Sequence record: DRR723986_20427 | Direction: 5' to 3' (one strand) | DNA length: 47,116 nucleotides | Part shown: positions 29,119 through 39,800 of the stretch, piece by piece | Numbering within the stretch: the first letter of the stretch is position 1 | Layout: every line of letters begins with the position of its first letter | Notes under the pieces: generated by a model | What the model was told of the DNA's origin: nothing | The model's input: only the letters and a program-made list of their open reading frames with translations | Databases searched by the model: none | Made by a program: the position numbers and the translations under genes

Positions 29119-30399
29119 TTAATTACCAGTGTAGCTAACTCTCCACAGCGTATTTCCGGTATCATCATTGACAAGGAGTGACCCATCGGGCAATACGGTC
29201 ACATCTACTGGACGTCCGTAAACTTCCGACTCATCAGAATCTGAAACAAAACCTGACAAGAAATCCATAGGCTTTCCAGCTGGTTTGCCATTGGCAAATG
29301 GGACAAAAAGCACTTTATAACCAGCAAGCTTCTTGCGATTCCAAGAGCCATGCTGACCTATAAACGCTCCATTTCTATACTCTTCCGGAAAGGTAGATCC
29401 ATCATAAAAAGTAAGTCCTAAAGAAGCTGTATGACTTCCAACAGGAACATCTGGGATGATCGCCTTCGCCACCAAATCCTGACCTTTTCCTTGCATTCTA
29501 GGATCTTCTATCTGTCCAAAGTAGGAATATGGCCATCCATAGAAACCTCCCTTTTTCACGCTGGTGAAATAATCAGGCACTAAATCATCCCCTATCTTAT
29601 CCCGTTCATTTACTGCAGTCCAAAGCTCAGAGGTGACAGGGTTCCAAGACATTCCTACGGGGTTCCGCAATCCACTTGCATAAATAATCTCCCCCGTTCC
29701 ATCAGGGTTAATTTCGAGAATTCCAGCTCTTCTCACCTCTTCTTCCATTCCATGCTCAGCCACATTACTTGCTGATCCCACAGAGATGTAAATTTTACTT
29801 CCATCTTCATTCGCAATCAAATTTCTAGTCCAGTGGTTATTATATCCTCCTGCAGGTAGATCAACAATTTTCTCACCCTCGCTTTCAAGTTTCAATTGCC
29901 CTGATTTGTATGGAAATCTATACAGACCATCTGTGTTGGCTATGTAGAAATAATCATTCAAAATGAGCATACCATAGGGCTGATTCAAACCCTCCTTAAA
30001 AACTTCTCGGGTTTCAAAATCACCGTTTTTATCTTTGTCTCGAAAGATCGTAATACGATCAGCACTTCCTTTGGTATTACTCTCAGCTACAAACAAATCC
30101 CCATTTGGGCCTACATACGTGTTTCTTGGGTTATCCAGTTCTTCAGCAAACTTGGTAATTGTAAATCCGGCGGGGGCTGTAGGCATCTTACCTTCTGGCC
30201 AATCTACAAGTTTACTTTCGTTCCTTACAGATTCTGTGCTGTATGGTGGAGGAAGGATCAGTTCTCCGATAGCCGTCTGTACGGTATCTGGGCTGGTTTG
30301 AGATAATTGTTCTTTATCTTCTTTGGATACTTTTTCCTGACAGGAGGCAAAGGATATAGTTGCCAAAGCTAAAAGCGGCAGTGTAGTTTTAAATTGCAT
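29119..30399 (-). CDS. PQQ-dependent sugar/L-sorbosone dehydrogenase family lipoprotein
   Basis: Lipobox FASC; NNHWTR, SVGSASN, ASGLRNPVG, VNERD and GRPVDV motifs. Confidence 0.88.
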   Translation of the reverse strand: MQFKTTLPLLALATISFASCQEKVSKEDKEQLSQTSPDTVQTAIGELILPPPYSTESVRNESKLVDWPEGKMPTAPAGFTITKFAEELDNPRNTYVGPNGDLFVAESNTKGSADRITIFRDKDKNGDFETREVFKEGLNQPYGMLILNDYFYIANTDGLYRFPYKSGQLKLESEGEKIVDLPAGGYNNHWTRNLIANEDGSKIYISVGSASNVAEHGMEEEVRRAGILEINPDGTGEIIYASGLRNPVGMSWNPVTSELWTAVNERDKIGDDLVPDYFTSVKKGGFYGWPYSYFGQIEDPRMQGKGQDLVAKAIIPDVPVGSHTASLGLTFYDGSTFPEEYRNGAFIGQHGSWNRKKLAGYKVLFVPFANGKPAGKPMDFLSGFVSDSDESEVYGRPVDVTVLPDGSLLVNDDTGNTLWRVSYTGN

Positions 30400-30433
30400 A
30401 GATGGTTGATATTTGGTTTCGAATCGAACAAAA

Positions 30434-30451
30434 GATCAATCATGTAGCCAA
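30434..30451 (-). promoter_or_regulatory. sigma54-like promoter
   Basis: TTGGCTACATGATTGATC, GG-N10-GA. Confidence 0.65.
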
Positions 30452-30581
30452 AATGAAAAAGGGTTGTATAAACAATGCTAGGTATAACTGAGGGTGTTTT
30501 AAAGCTAATAATCTGCACATCAAGAAATTGTATGTGAAAATAAATTCCCATTTCGGGTCTCTTTCGGCATTACTCACTGAC

Positions 30582-33005
30582 TCAATCCTCGAGTAATTTC
30601 AGCGCTTTTTCTATACTCACTCCCTTGCCCAAAACCTCAGTAAAAAGCTTTGGGTACTTCTTCAATCTATCTTTCATAGTGAAGATTGTAAAATCATTTT
30701 TATCCAACTTGCTGTTCACTTCTTTCCAAAGTAAAGGTGTGGAAACTGTTGCTCCAGCCTTAGGACGAACACAATATGCGGATGCTAGCGTCTGACCTCG
30801 GCGATTCTGCAAATAATCCAGATAAATTCTCCCCTTTCTGGCTTTGAGGGGTCTTTCCAAAGTGGTGAGCTTGGGAAGTTGCTCCTGAATAATAGTACAA
30901 AGAAGCTTACAAAAATCCCTACCTTCTTCAAAAGTATAATTGGCTCCCAATGGAATGTATATATGCAAGCCGCTTGCGCCGGATGTTTTGCAATAGCCAT
31001 CAACCTGCAATTCCTCAAGCAATTGATGAAAAGCTTGCGCAACTTCTATGACTTGCTTGAAATCATTTTTATCAGATGGGTCGAGATCAATAACTATATA
31101 ATCCGGCTTATCCAATGAAGTGGTTCTTGAATTCCAAGGATTAAGCTCAATGCAGGCCAAATTTGCCATGTAGATCAAAGTAGCTTCATTTTGACAAAGC
31201 ATATAATCAATATTTTTCTCCGTAGACTCAGAATAAACGGAGGTCGTTTGGATCCAGTCCGGATATCCTTCCGGCGTATCCTTTTGATAAAAACCATCCT
31301 TGTCTATTCCATTGGGATGGCGATGAAGGTTTTGGGGGCGATCCTTCAAAAAAGGCAAAATGTATTTTGAAACCGAAAGATAATAGTCAATCAAATCGTA
31401 CTTGGTAATTCCTTCTTTTGGCCAGAGAGCTTTCTCAAGATTGCTTACAGGCACGTTAATTCCATCAATTTCCAATGAATTTTCAGAATTGGAATCACCT
31501 TTCACAGCACCTTTTGGTCTTTCCGCTTCCAATTGCTGAGGTAGCTTATCATTTCTCAATCCCTTAAAAACCGGCTGCCGAAGCCTGCCATTATCCGTCC
31601 ATTCTGCAAAATTCACCTCAGCTACCATGACAGGATGGAGCCAAATAGGTTCTCTCCCATTCAGGTTAATTTTGTCGGGAAATGGAGATTGGGACTGTTT
31701 GATTTTTTTAAACTGTGCAAGTAAGTCTTTTTGCTGTGCGATGGAAAAACCCGTTCCACAATTCCCTACATACTTCAATTCGTTTTTCTCCTGCAAACCT
31801 AATATCAAGGAGCCAAAAGGTCTGTTTTCAGATTTGGTATAGCCGCAGATAACAGTTTCTATGCTCTCCTGAGTTTTGAATTTGACCCAGTCCTCTGAAC
31901 GTACACCAGGATAGTAATGTGAATCTGCTTTTTTGCCGATGATTCCCTCCAAACCCATTTTCTTTACTTCTTCAAAAAATGCTTTCCCTCCACCTCTCAA
32001 ATGCTCACTGTACCTAACATTTGGAACATCTTCCACCAGTGACGCCAATAACTCCTTTCGCTCCTCAAGTTTCAAATGGATAATGCTATGCCCATCCAGA
32101 TAAAGTAGATCAAAAACTACATACACCAACTGACCTTTTGGCTCATCAGCATAATGCTGCAGCCATTGAAATCTCGAAACTCCGTCCTTGTCCAGACTTA
32201 CAACTTCCCCATCCAGAATAGCATGTTTAGGAAGCTGCTTCAGCCCGTCTATTAATTCTGGATAAATTTCTGAGTAGTCTATCCCATTGCGGGAATAAAG
32301 GCTAGTAATTGAATTGGAGTGGTTGCAAATCATCCTGTAACCATCCCATTTTATCTCATAAAGCCAGTTTTTGGAGGAAGGGAATTTCAAGTTTTTACTC
32401 GTAGTAGCTAGCATAGGGGAAATTTGCTGCTTGAGTGTGATTGCTTCAGGAGCTCGACTAGAATGAGTTGCATCCGCTTCCCCCAGATGGAGGTTGGCAT
32501 CGTAATCCAGATCTGTAGCAAATCCGTCCTTCTTTTTGATCAGAAGCCAATTAGGCTTTTTCCCTTCAAACTTGGTCTTCACTAAAGCAAAATCCCCTTG
32601 AAGTTTTGTTCCAAAAAAAGTGATTTTCAAATCACCATTCTGATACATTTTGGAGAGTGATTTTTTCTCGTCTGCAATTGGCGAATAGGTGCCACTATCC
32701 CAAATTGTCATCTCTCCGGCTCCATAATTACCTTTGGGAATAGTGCCATGAAAATCCAGGTACTTCATCGGATGATCTTCAGTCTCTACCGCTAATCTTT
32801 TATCATTAGGGTTCAAAGACGGACCTTTAGGAACTGCCCAACTTTTGAGCACGCCGTCCATTTCTAGCCTGAGATCAAAATGCAGGTGGCTTGCATCATG
32901 GCGTTGGACTACAAATCGGAGTTCACCCGTTTGTAGTCCAATATCTCCGCGTGGTTCATTTGTCTTATTGAAGTCCCGTTTTCTATTGTATTCCTCGAGA
33001 GCCAT
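30582..33005 (-). CDS. ligD: NHEJ DNA ligase D (phosphoesterase-ligase-polymerase)
   Basis: FVVQRHDASHLHFDLRLE and SWAVPKGPS (PE domain); EIKWDGYR (ligase); IDLDP and KTSGASGLHIY (Pol domain). Confidence 0.95.
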   Translation of the reverse strand: MALEEYNRKRDFNKTNEPRGDIGLQTGELRFVVQRHDASHLHFDLRLEMDGVLKSWAVPKGPSLNPNDKRLAVETEDHPMKYLDFHGTIPKGNYGAGEMTIWDSGTYSPIADEKKSLSKMYQNGDLKITFFGTKLQGDFALVKTKFEGKKPNWLLIKKKDGFATDLDYDANLHLGEADATHSSRAPEAITLKQQISPMLATTSKNLKFPSSKNWLYEIKWDGYRMICNHSNSITSLYSRNGIDYSEIYPELIDGLKQLPKHAILDGEVVSLDKDGVSRFQWLQHYADEPKGQLVYVVFDLLYLDGHSIIHLKLEERKELLASLVEDVPNVRYSEHLRGGGKAFFEEVKKMGLEGIIGKKADSHYYPGVRSEDWVKFKTQESIETVICGYTKSENRPFGSLILGLQEKNELKYVGNCGTGFSIAQQKDLLAQFKKIKQSQSPFPDKINLNGREPIWLHPVMVAEVNFAEWTDNGRLRQPVFKGLRNDKLPQQLEAERPKGAVKGDSNSENSLEIDGINVPVSNLEKALWPKEGITKYDLIDYYLSVSKYILPFLKDRPQNLHRHPNGIDKDGFYQKDTPEGYPDWIQTTSVYSESTEKNIDYMLCQNEATLIYMANLACIELNPWNSRTTSLDKPDYIVIDLDPSDKNDFKQVIEVAQAFHQLLEELQVDGYCKTSGASGLHIYIPLGANYTFEEGRDFCKLLCTIIQEQLPKLTTLERPLKARKGRIYLDYLQNRRGQTLASAYCVRPKAGATVSTPLLWKEVNSKLDKNDFTIFTMKDRLKKYPKLFTEVLGKGVSIEKALKLLED

Positions 33006-33775
33006 TAGGATGCTTTTTTACGCTTTTCCAAACTCGCTTTTAGTTGAGCCATGAGATCTTTGGAAGGGGTGTTTTCAGGCACAAACTTCTTGACCACCGC
33101 TTTCTTCCCTTTGGATTTTGCTTTGATCACCTTCATCAACTGCTCGTTGTACTGATCCTTATATTTAGAAAGATCAAATTTCTCGCTGTATTGCTCTATG
33201 AGGGATTGAGCCATATCCATCTCTTTTTTGGTGACTTTAGAGGAGGAGATTTTCAGGTCAGTGGGGCTTCGGATTTCATCCGAAAATCGAATCACATGAA
33301 GTACCAAGGCATCCTTATAGATTCCAATCAGACACAGATTCTCTTTTTGACGCATGACGAAAGTGGCCAACCCCAGCTTTTTGGTTTTCTTCAGTGCCTC
33401 CCTCAATAAGTTATAGGCTTTGCCTCCTTCCTTTTGGGGTTCTAGAAAATATGGTTTTTTGAAAAGCATATCAGCCACATCTACTTCATTGACGAAAGCT
33501 TCTATTTCCACTACTTTACTCTTTTTAGCATTTGCCTGCTCAAAATCCTCATCCTCCAGAATGATGTACTTATCATCCATTTTATATCCTTTTACGATAT
33601 CTTTCCACTCCACTTCCTTCCCGGATTTTTCATTGACACGTTGATATCTAATGCGCTCGTGGTCTTTTGAATCCAACATATCCAAGTCTATTCGCCGATC
33701 TTCGGAAGCTGAATACATTTTGATAGGGATATTTACCAGGCCGAAACCCAGGGTACCGTTCCAGATTGATTTCAT
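33005..33775 (-). CDS. ku: NHEJ Ku protein
   Basis: MKSIWNGTLGFGLVNIPIKMY, IVKGY and DLMAQLKASL motifs; TAATG overlap with ligD. Confidence 0.95.
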   Translation of the reverse strand: MKSIWNGTLGFGLVNIPIKMYSASEDRRIDLDMLDSKDHERIRYQRVNEKSGKEVEWKDIVKGYKMDDKYIILEDEDFEQANAKKSKVVEIEAFVNEVDVADMLFKKPYFLEPQKEGGKAYNLLREALKKTKKLGLATFVMRQKENLCLIGIYKDALVLHVIRFSDEIRSPTDLKISSSKVTKKEMDMAQSLIEQYSEKFDLSKYKDQYNEQLMKVIKAKSKGKKAVVKKFVPENTPSKDLMAQLKASLEKRKKAS

Positions 33776-33787
33776 GATTTCATTTCT

Positions 33788-34681
33788 TTAGGATTTGTCG
33801 TTTCTTAAAATTTTCAATTGATGCTTTGTCAATGAGATTTTCACCGTTGGCGTCTCTTCGTAAAGTGTCCTGTGTTCAAACAACTCATCATCCACGTGAA
33901 ATGGCAGGTAAGTTCTGATTTTTATTTTCTTAGCCTTGATGGTTTCAAATGGACTTGGGACTTTCCCTTTTTTCTGCGCTTTCAAAAAGGCTTTGAGCTC
34001 ATCTTTCTGATTTTCTTTCACGAGCATCACATCCAGAAAATCGTCACTATGATCTGCTGAGGGCGCAAGTTCAAGTTGTGGACCAAGTTGCTTGGTATTC
34101 ATGATTTCTATCCAGACATATTCACCTGAATAATCCTTTTTGTCCAGCTTTATTTTGTAGGTATGGGAGGGAAGTTTTGTTTCTAATTTGATCAGATTTT
34201 TAATGCCAAAATCGACTTTTGAATCCTGCTCGCATTCCAGGTTTTTATCCCGATCTAGCTGCAGCAGCAGCGCTGCAAAAATCCCCCACCCGATCCCTTC
34301 CACAAACCAGCCCTTGTCTTCTTTAGTTTTATACTTCCCAATACTGAGGTATTGGAAATCATTTTTCTCATATTGATCGACAATCTTCTTATAGTAGTCA
34401 GTCAGATCCAGACTACCAGCGATGTTATTGGCATTGCCAAAAGGAAGTATCGCTATTGGGTATTTTATGTCTCGAAGGTCCAACAGGATTTTTTCTACTG
34501 TTCCATCTCCACCAGCGATCATGATCAGATCGTAACTGAGTTCAAATACTTTCTGGTAGTTCTCCTCTTTGCAATTTTGAGCCACGATGCTCGCCCCTTG
34601 TTTTTCAAGAGATTTAATAATCTTGATCAGCGGAAAATCCTCGTTTCCGGCAGTTGGGTTATAGATTAGTATGATCTTCAT
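33788..34681 (-). CDS. Diacylglycerol/lipid kinase family protein (YegS/DgkB-like)
   Basis: YNPTAG, AGGDGTV, ILPFGNANNIA and FHVDDE motifs. Confidence 0.85.
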   Translation of the reverse strand: MKIILIYNPTAGNEDFPLIKIIKSLEKQGASIVAQNCKEENYQKVFELSYDLIMIAGGDGTVEKILLDLRDIKYPIAILPFGNANNIAGSLDLTDYYKKIVDQYEKNDFQYLSIGKYKTKEDKGWFVEGIGWGIFAALLLQLDRDKNLECEQDSKVDFGIKNLIKLETKLPSHTYKIKLDKKDYSGEYVWIEIMNTKQLGPQLELAPSADHSDDFLDVMLVKENQKDELKAFLKAQKKGKVPSPFETIKAKKIKIRTYLPFHVDDELFEHRTLYEETPTVKISLTKHQLKILRNDKS

Positions 34682-34717
34682 GAGTATTTAGCTATAAAAG
34701 TTCTGCTTGCTATTTGC

Positions 34718-34735
34718 ATGCTAAAAGGAAACCAA
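34718..34735 (-). promoter_or_regulatory. sigma54-like promoter of kinase-ku-ligD operon
   Basis: TTGGTTTCCTTTTAGCAT, GG-N10-GC. Confidence 0.6.
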
Positions 34736-34746
34736 ACTAACTAACC

Positions 34747-35481
34747 ATGAATATTTTGATCACGAATGACGACGGAGTTTATAGCCCAGGAATTTTGGAA
34801 TTGGCAGAAGTAGCTGCAGAATTTGGCGATGTGCGTATAGTCGCGCCAGATGTGGAGCAATCTTCCATGGGACATGCCGTCACGGCGACTAGACCACTTT
34901 CTTATCGGAAGACCAAGATTGGAGATTTCGACGCTTATCGGGTAAATGGAACTCCCGCCGACTGTGTTTCTTTGGGAAGCTTTCACTGGGAAAAAGTAGA
35001 TGCTGTACTTTCCGGTATTAACTTAGGTCCGAACCTGGGTAATTCCATGTGGCATTCCGGTACTCTAGCAGGAGCAAAACAAGCTGCATTGCTCGGAATA
35101 AAAGGTATTGCACTCAGTACACCCACCCAAAGAGAGGAGTATAATTTCACCCATATTCGACCCTATGCCAGAGAAGTAATTTCCTATCTACTCGGTCAGG
35201 AAGGCCCTAAATTAGTCAATGTAAACTTTCCTTTCGCCCCAACTGGAATCGTCTGGACTCGCCAGTCTGTGCGCCAATACGATGGGCTAGTTAAGCCTTC
35301 TGAAGATCCTATGGGAAGAAAACATTTCTGGTTTACGGTGGTGCCATTGGAGGCAGCGGAGGAAGGGACAGATCGCTATGCCATAGAGAATAATCTTGTT
35401 TCCCTGACTCCACTACGACTGGATCTGACGGACGAATCCCAGCTGGTGAAACTTTCAGGAATGAATATTTTCAAAAAGTAA
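34747..35481 (+). CDS. surE: 5'/3'-nucleotidase SurE
   Basis: ILITNDDG, VAP.VEQS, NGTPADCV, SGINLGPN and SGT motifs; SLTPLRLDLT. Confidence 0.92.
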   Translation: MNILITNDDGVYSPGILELAEVAAEFGDVRIVAPDVEQSSMGHAVTATRPLSYRKTKIGDFDAYRVNGTPADCVSLGSFHWEKVDAVLSGINLGPNLGNSMWHSGTLAGAKQAALLGIKGIALSTPTQREEYNFTHIRPYAREVISYLLGQEGPKLVNVNFPFAPTGIVWTRQSVRQYDGLVKPSEDPMGRKHFWFTVVPLEAAEEGTDRYAIENNLVSLTPLRLDLTDESQLVKLSGMNIFKK

Positions 35482-35757
35482 ACTGAATTTTGTTGGGGTG
35501 ATTCCTCCCAGTTTTATGCAGAGTTTTCTACATGCATGTTGCATTAACTACTAAGTCAGAATTAAAATCTTACCCACTTGGGAGGCTACCTCAAAATACT
35601 TGGAAAAAGCTGATCAATGCACTGAAACCCTGGGAGTAAATTACCTCCTTTTTAATTCCCCAAATCACCTCCACAGATTGAGAAAAATTTGTCTCTAATT
35701 TTTCACCTGCATATGTGTGAACGGTGTTTTAAAGCCTTTTAACAAGGCTTTTAGTTT

Positions 35758-35775
35758 TTGGACACTTTTTTGAAA
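35758..35775 (+). promoter_or_regulatory. sigma54-like promoter
   Basis: TTGGACACTTTTTTGAAA, GG-N10-GA. Confidence 0.55.
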
Positions 35776-35839
35776 AGACCTTTTTACTCCCACATTGATT
35801 TGGGGCAAAAACACGATTAACCAATAAATTTTTGAGAAC

Positions 35840-36535
35840 ATGAATTCAACCTCTATTAATTCTAAAACACCTTCATCACTGAATGGCGTGACTTGGTTTC
35901 CGGTCAGAAGTAGGAAAGATGTTAATCTGGAAGTAGAAAGACTAAAGTCTGAAGGAATCACTTCAATAAGACTTGGCATAGACTGCGCAAAATTCAATAC
36001 CAAGAAAGGATTACGGTGGTACGATTGGCTTGTTCCTACTCTAGCGGAAAGTTTTCATCTTGAACTCTGCTTTGATAATTTCTCCTTTGCTCCAGAAGGA
36101 ACGCATAGTAAAAGGCATAGTCTTTCAGAAATAGTTGAACATTTTATAATTAAGCACGGGCAACACTTTAATGAAGTAGAACTTTGGAGAAATCCTGCTA
36201 AAAGAGCTAATGAGGAAATATGTGAAAACATCTACTCCGAAGACGTGGTTTTCACTGCCACTTGGGCAAAACGCCTAGGAAAGAAGGTGAGTTTGGGAGG
36301 AATTCAGACTGTGGACTTTGAATGGATCACAAAATTAATTTCCTGCCAGTTTCTGAGCACGGTTGATTACCTAAAAATCGATAAGGAAACTGAAGACGAC
36401 TGGAGCACAAATACTAGGTTTTATGAGAGGACACTCCGTAGCCTCTTTGAAGCAAAAGGTGTGAAAACCCAGATAAAAACCTCAGAAATCCCGATGCGCA
36501 ATCTACTTACATCTGGAAGAGAGATAGCATGCTGA
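35840..36535 (+). CDS. Hypothetical protein, degenerate GH-A clan TIM-barrel-like
   Basis: LKSEGITSIRLG, WYDWLVPTLA and VELWRNP (where VELWNEP would be expected). Confidence 0.55.
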   Translation: MNSTSINSKTPSSLNGVTWFPVRSRKDVNLEVERLKSEGITSIRLGIDCAKFNTKKGLRWYDWLVPTLAESFHLELCFDNFSFAPEGTHSKRHSLSEIVEHFIIKHGQHFNEVELWRNPAKRANEEICENIYSEDVVFTATWAKRLGKKVSLGGIQTVDFEWITKLISCQFLSTVDYLKIDKETEDDWSTNTRFYERTLRSLFEAKGVKTQIKTSEIPMRNLLTSGREIAC

Positions 36536-36820
36536 AAGTCCTAACTACTATACATTTTGCAAAGCATACGTATGGTTTGTTCTCTCCAGATTCAGAATTC
36601 TATTGCCTGAGAAATTTTCATTGAAACAGCCGCTTCTGATTTTCCATATACATCAGCTTTTCTACCAAAAGGTTCTTCGATCAATTGTACTGAGCGTATT
36701 CGAGCATAATTCTAGCAGTTGGTATCTGTTCGGATAAACAAATTACTTACTGACTTTTAGGTTATAAATTTCATATCTTGATCGACTTTCATGGTATAAA
36801 AACTATTGACCCCCTAAATT

Positions 36821-39800
36821 GTGAGCACACCTACCAGTAGATGGAATTTTTTCTCGAAGAACAACACCCTTGGAGAACATTATAAGAATATAGATTGGAA
36901 AGCCTCCCCCCTTGGAGATGTAGCAGAGTGGCCTGTAAGTTTACTGACGACGATTTCAATGATTATGGAGCACCCCTTACCCATGTGTATTTTTTGGGGC
37001 GATGATTTTGTGAAATTATACAATGATAATTACGCGGAAATTCTTGGGGATACTTCCCATGCCAGTCTACTGGGTAAAAGCGCGAAAGAATCAGATAGAG
37101 AAAAATGGGCTAAAAGATCTGGCATTTTCAACAAAGTCATGGAGGGTAATTCAGTGCAGCTAGCTGACTCTATGATAGCTACTTCGGGGGGTGTTGTAAG
37201 CAATAAATTTTACGATTTCAATTACAGCCCTATCCGAGATCTAAAAGGGAATATCGGCGGCGTGCTTTGCACGGCAGTGGAAATAACGGATAAAAAAATA
37301 GTAGAGGAGAAACTTATTGAGAGTAAAGATCAATTGCACTTTGCTATAGATGCAGCGGGATTGGGAACTTGGGATTACAATCCTGCCAACAACACATTTA
37401 CGGGAAATGAAAAGCTTAAATCGTGGTTTGGCTTGGCTCCGGAAGAAGAAATCAACTTGGAACAAGCACTAAGTGCAATCGTCCCAGAGGACAAATCGCG
37501 GGTAACACAGGCCATTCAAAATGCGCTGCTATATGAATCGGGCGGCAACTACAATATCGAATATGCTATCATCAACCCGAATTCAGGGGAAAGACGAATT
37601 GTACATGCAAAAGGTAAAGCATGGTTTACCGATGAAAAAATCGGATATAGATTAAATGGAACGCTGGAAGATGTCACACAGCAGGTACAAGCTCGAAAAG
37701 CAATTGAAGAAAGTGAACAAAGTATCCGCTCCATAGTGGCCAACGCGCCATTTCCTATTGGTGTATATGAAGGCAAAGATTTGATCATTACACTGGCTAA
37801 TCAATCTATTCTTGATGTGTGGGGAAAAGGGAATGATGTAATAGGAAAGTCCTATAAAACAATATTACCAGAACTCGAAAATCAAGAGATTTTCGATCAA
37901 GTATATGGGGTCTTCTCAACAGGTATTCCCTTTCATGCCAAAAATCAAAAAGTTGATATTATGATTGAGGGAGTGCTTCTCCCCTTTTATTTTAACTACA
38001 GTTTCACCCCCCTATACAACACAGCCGGTGAAATATATGGCGTGATGAACACGGCTGCAGAAGTTACTGACATTCATCTCGCAAAGCAAAAGATTGAAGA
38101 AAGCGAAAAGAGGTTTAAGAATTCAGTTAAGCAAGCTCCGTTGGGCATTACCATTCTAAGAGGAGATGACTATACGGTAGAAATGGCCAATGAAAATTAT
38201 CTCCTTTTAGTTGATAAAAGCGAAGAAGAATTTATAGGAAAACCTCTATTCGAAACTCTACCAGAAGTTCAGGAAGTGATAGAGGATATTTTTTTAGAAA
38301 TAAAAAGAACAGGTAAACCATTTTTCGGAAATGAATTCCCTGTGACTCTGAATAGATATGGAAAGCACGAGTCTACCTATTTTAATTTTGTATATCATCC
38401 ACTTAAAGAACAAGGTGGAGAAATCAGTGCGATAATGGTAGTGGCAACGGAAGTTACTGCAACCGTGAAAGCAAAACATTTACTGCAAGAGAGTGAGAAA
38501 CATTTCCGAAGTATGGTCATGCAATCTCCTATCCCGATGACGATTTTGAGAGGTGAAAACCACATCATTGACTCTGCCAATAAAGTGATGTTTGAATCCG
38601 TATGGAGAAGAAAACCAGCTGATGTTATCGGCATCCCAATAATAGATGCATTCCCGGAACTTGAAGCGCAAAAGTACCCTGAGCTGTTGAAGAAAGTCTA
38701 TACTTCGGGAAAAGCTCATAGTGAAAAGGAATCAATAGCTATAATCGCTGGGGACAACGGTGTACAAAAGTTTTATTTTGATTTTGAGTATGCACCTCTA
38801 TATGACACAGAAGGAAAAGTATGGGGAATCATGATCACAGTGAATGATGTGACTGATAAAGTAGAAGCCAGATTGAAAGTAGAGGAAAACGAAGAAAGAC
38901 TGAACATTGTGATTTCTGCCAGTGGTCTAGGCGTGTGGGAGTTTAACTTAAAAACCGAAGAAAGTATAATCTCTAACAGATGTTATGAGATTATGGGGGT
39001 TTCAGGCTTAGAGAAAGTTTCGAATGCTCAATTGATGGAAAAATTCCATCCAGATGATTTAGAGACAGTCAAATTAGCCTATGAAAAAGCATATAAAACC
39101 GGTAGCTTATTATACGAATCTCGCGTCCTGCGCGACGATAGTGAGCGATGCTGGATTGAAGTGAGAGGTAAAGTATTTTTTGACCAAAACAACGAACCTG
39201 AGCGAATCGTCGGCACTATCCGGGACATTACTGAAGAAAAGAACTTTCACAAGTTATTATTAGAAAGGGAAGAGAAATTCAGACTTCTCGCTGATTCTAT
39301 GCCACAGATAATTTGGACGTCGGATAGAGATGGCAAGGTCAATTACTTTAACCAAGCTGTATATATTTTCACAGGGCTATCGGCAGATGAACTTATCAGT
39401 GACGGGTGGGCTCAAATGGTTCACCCAGATGACAGAAAGAAAAATATTGAGAAGTGGGCTCAGTCTATTTCAAGTGGGAAAGACTATCATTTCGAACATC
39501 GATTCAGAAAGGCAGATGGAACCTATCGCTGGCAATTAAGCCGTGCTATACCCCAAAGAGATGATCAAGGAAACATAAAAATGTGGGTAGGGTCCAGTAC
39601 CGATATTCAAGATCAAAAACTTTTTGCCAATGAGCTCGAGAAGCAGGTAAAAGATCGGACGAAGGAATTGCAGTTTAAGAACATTGAACTTGAAAAAATG
39701 AATAAGGAGCTACAGTCCTTTGCTTACATATCTAGTCATGATCTACAAGAACCTCTTCGCAAGATCCAGACCTTCACCAGCTTACTCTTAGATGATGAAT

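Noticed and set aside
34702-34719. sigma54-like site for surE (TCTGCTTGCTATTTGCAT)
   Set aside because: Good TTGC, but TG instead of the invariant GG; not counted
36719-36736. TTGGTATCTGTTCGGATA upstream of the histidine kinase
   Set aside because: GG-N10-GA spacing, but CG where the other sites have TT/TA/AT; too weak
36540-36780. Possible gene relic between the GH-like gene and the kinase
   Set aside because: Minus-strand frames give short stop-interrupted peptides that I could not match to any family; needs blastx
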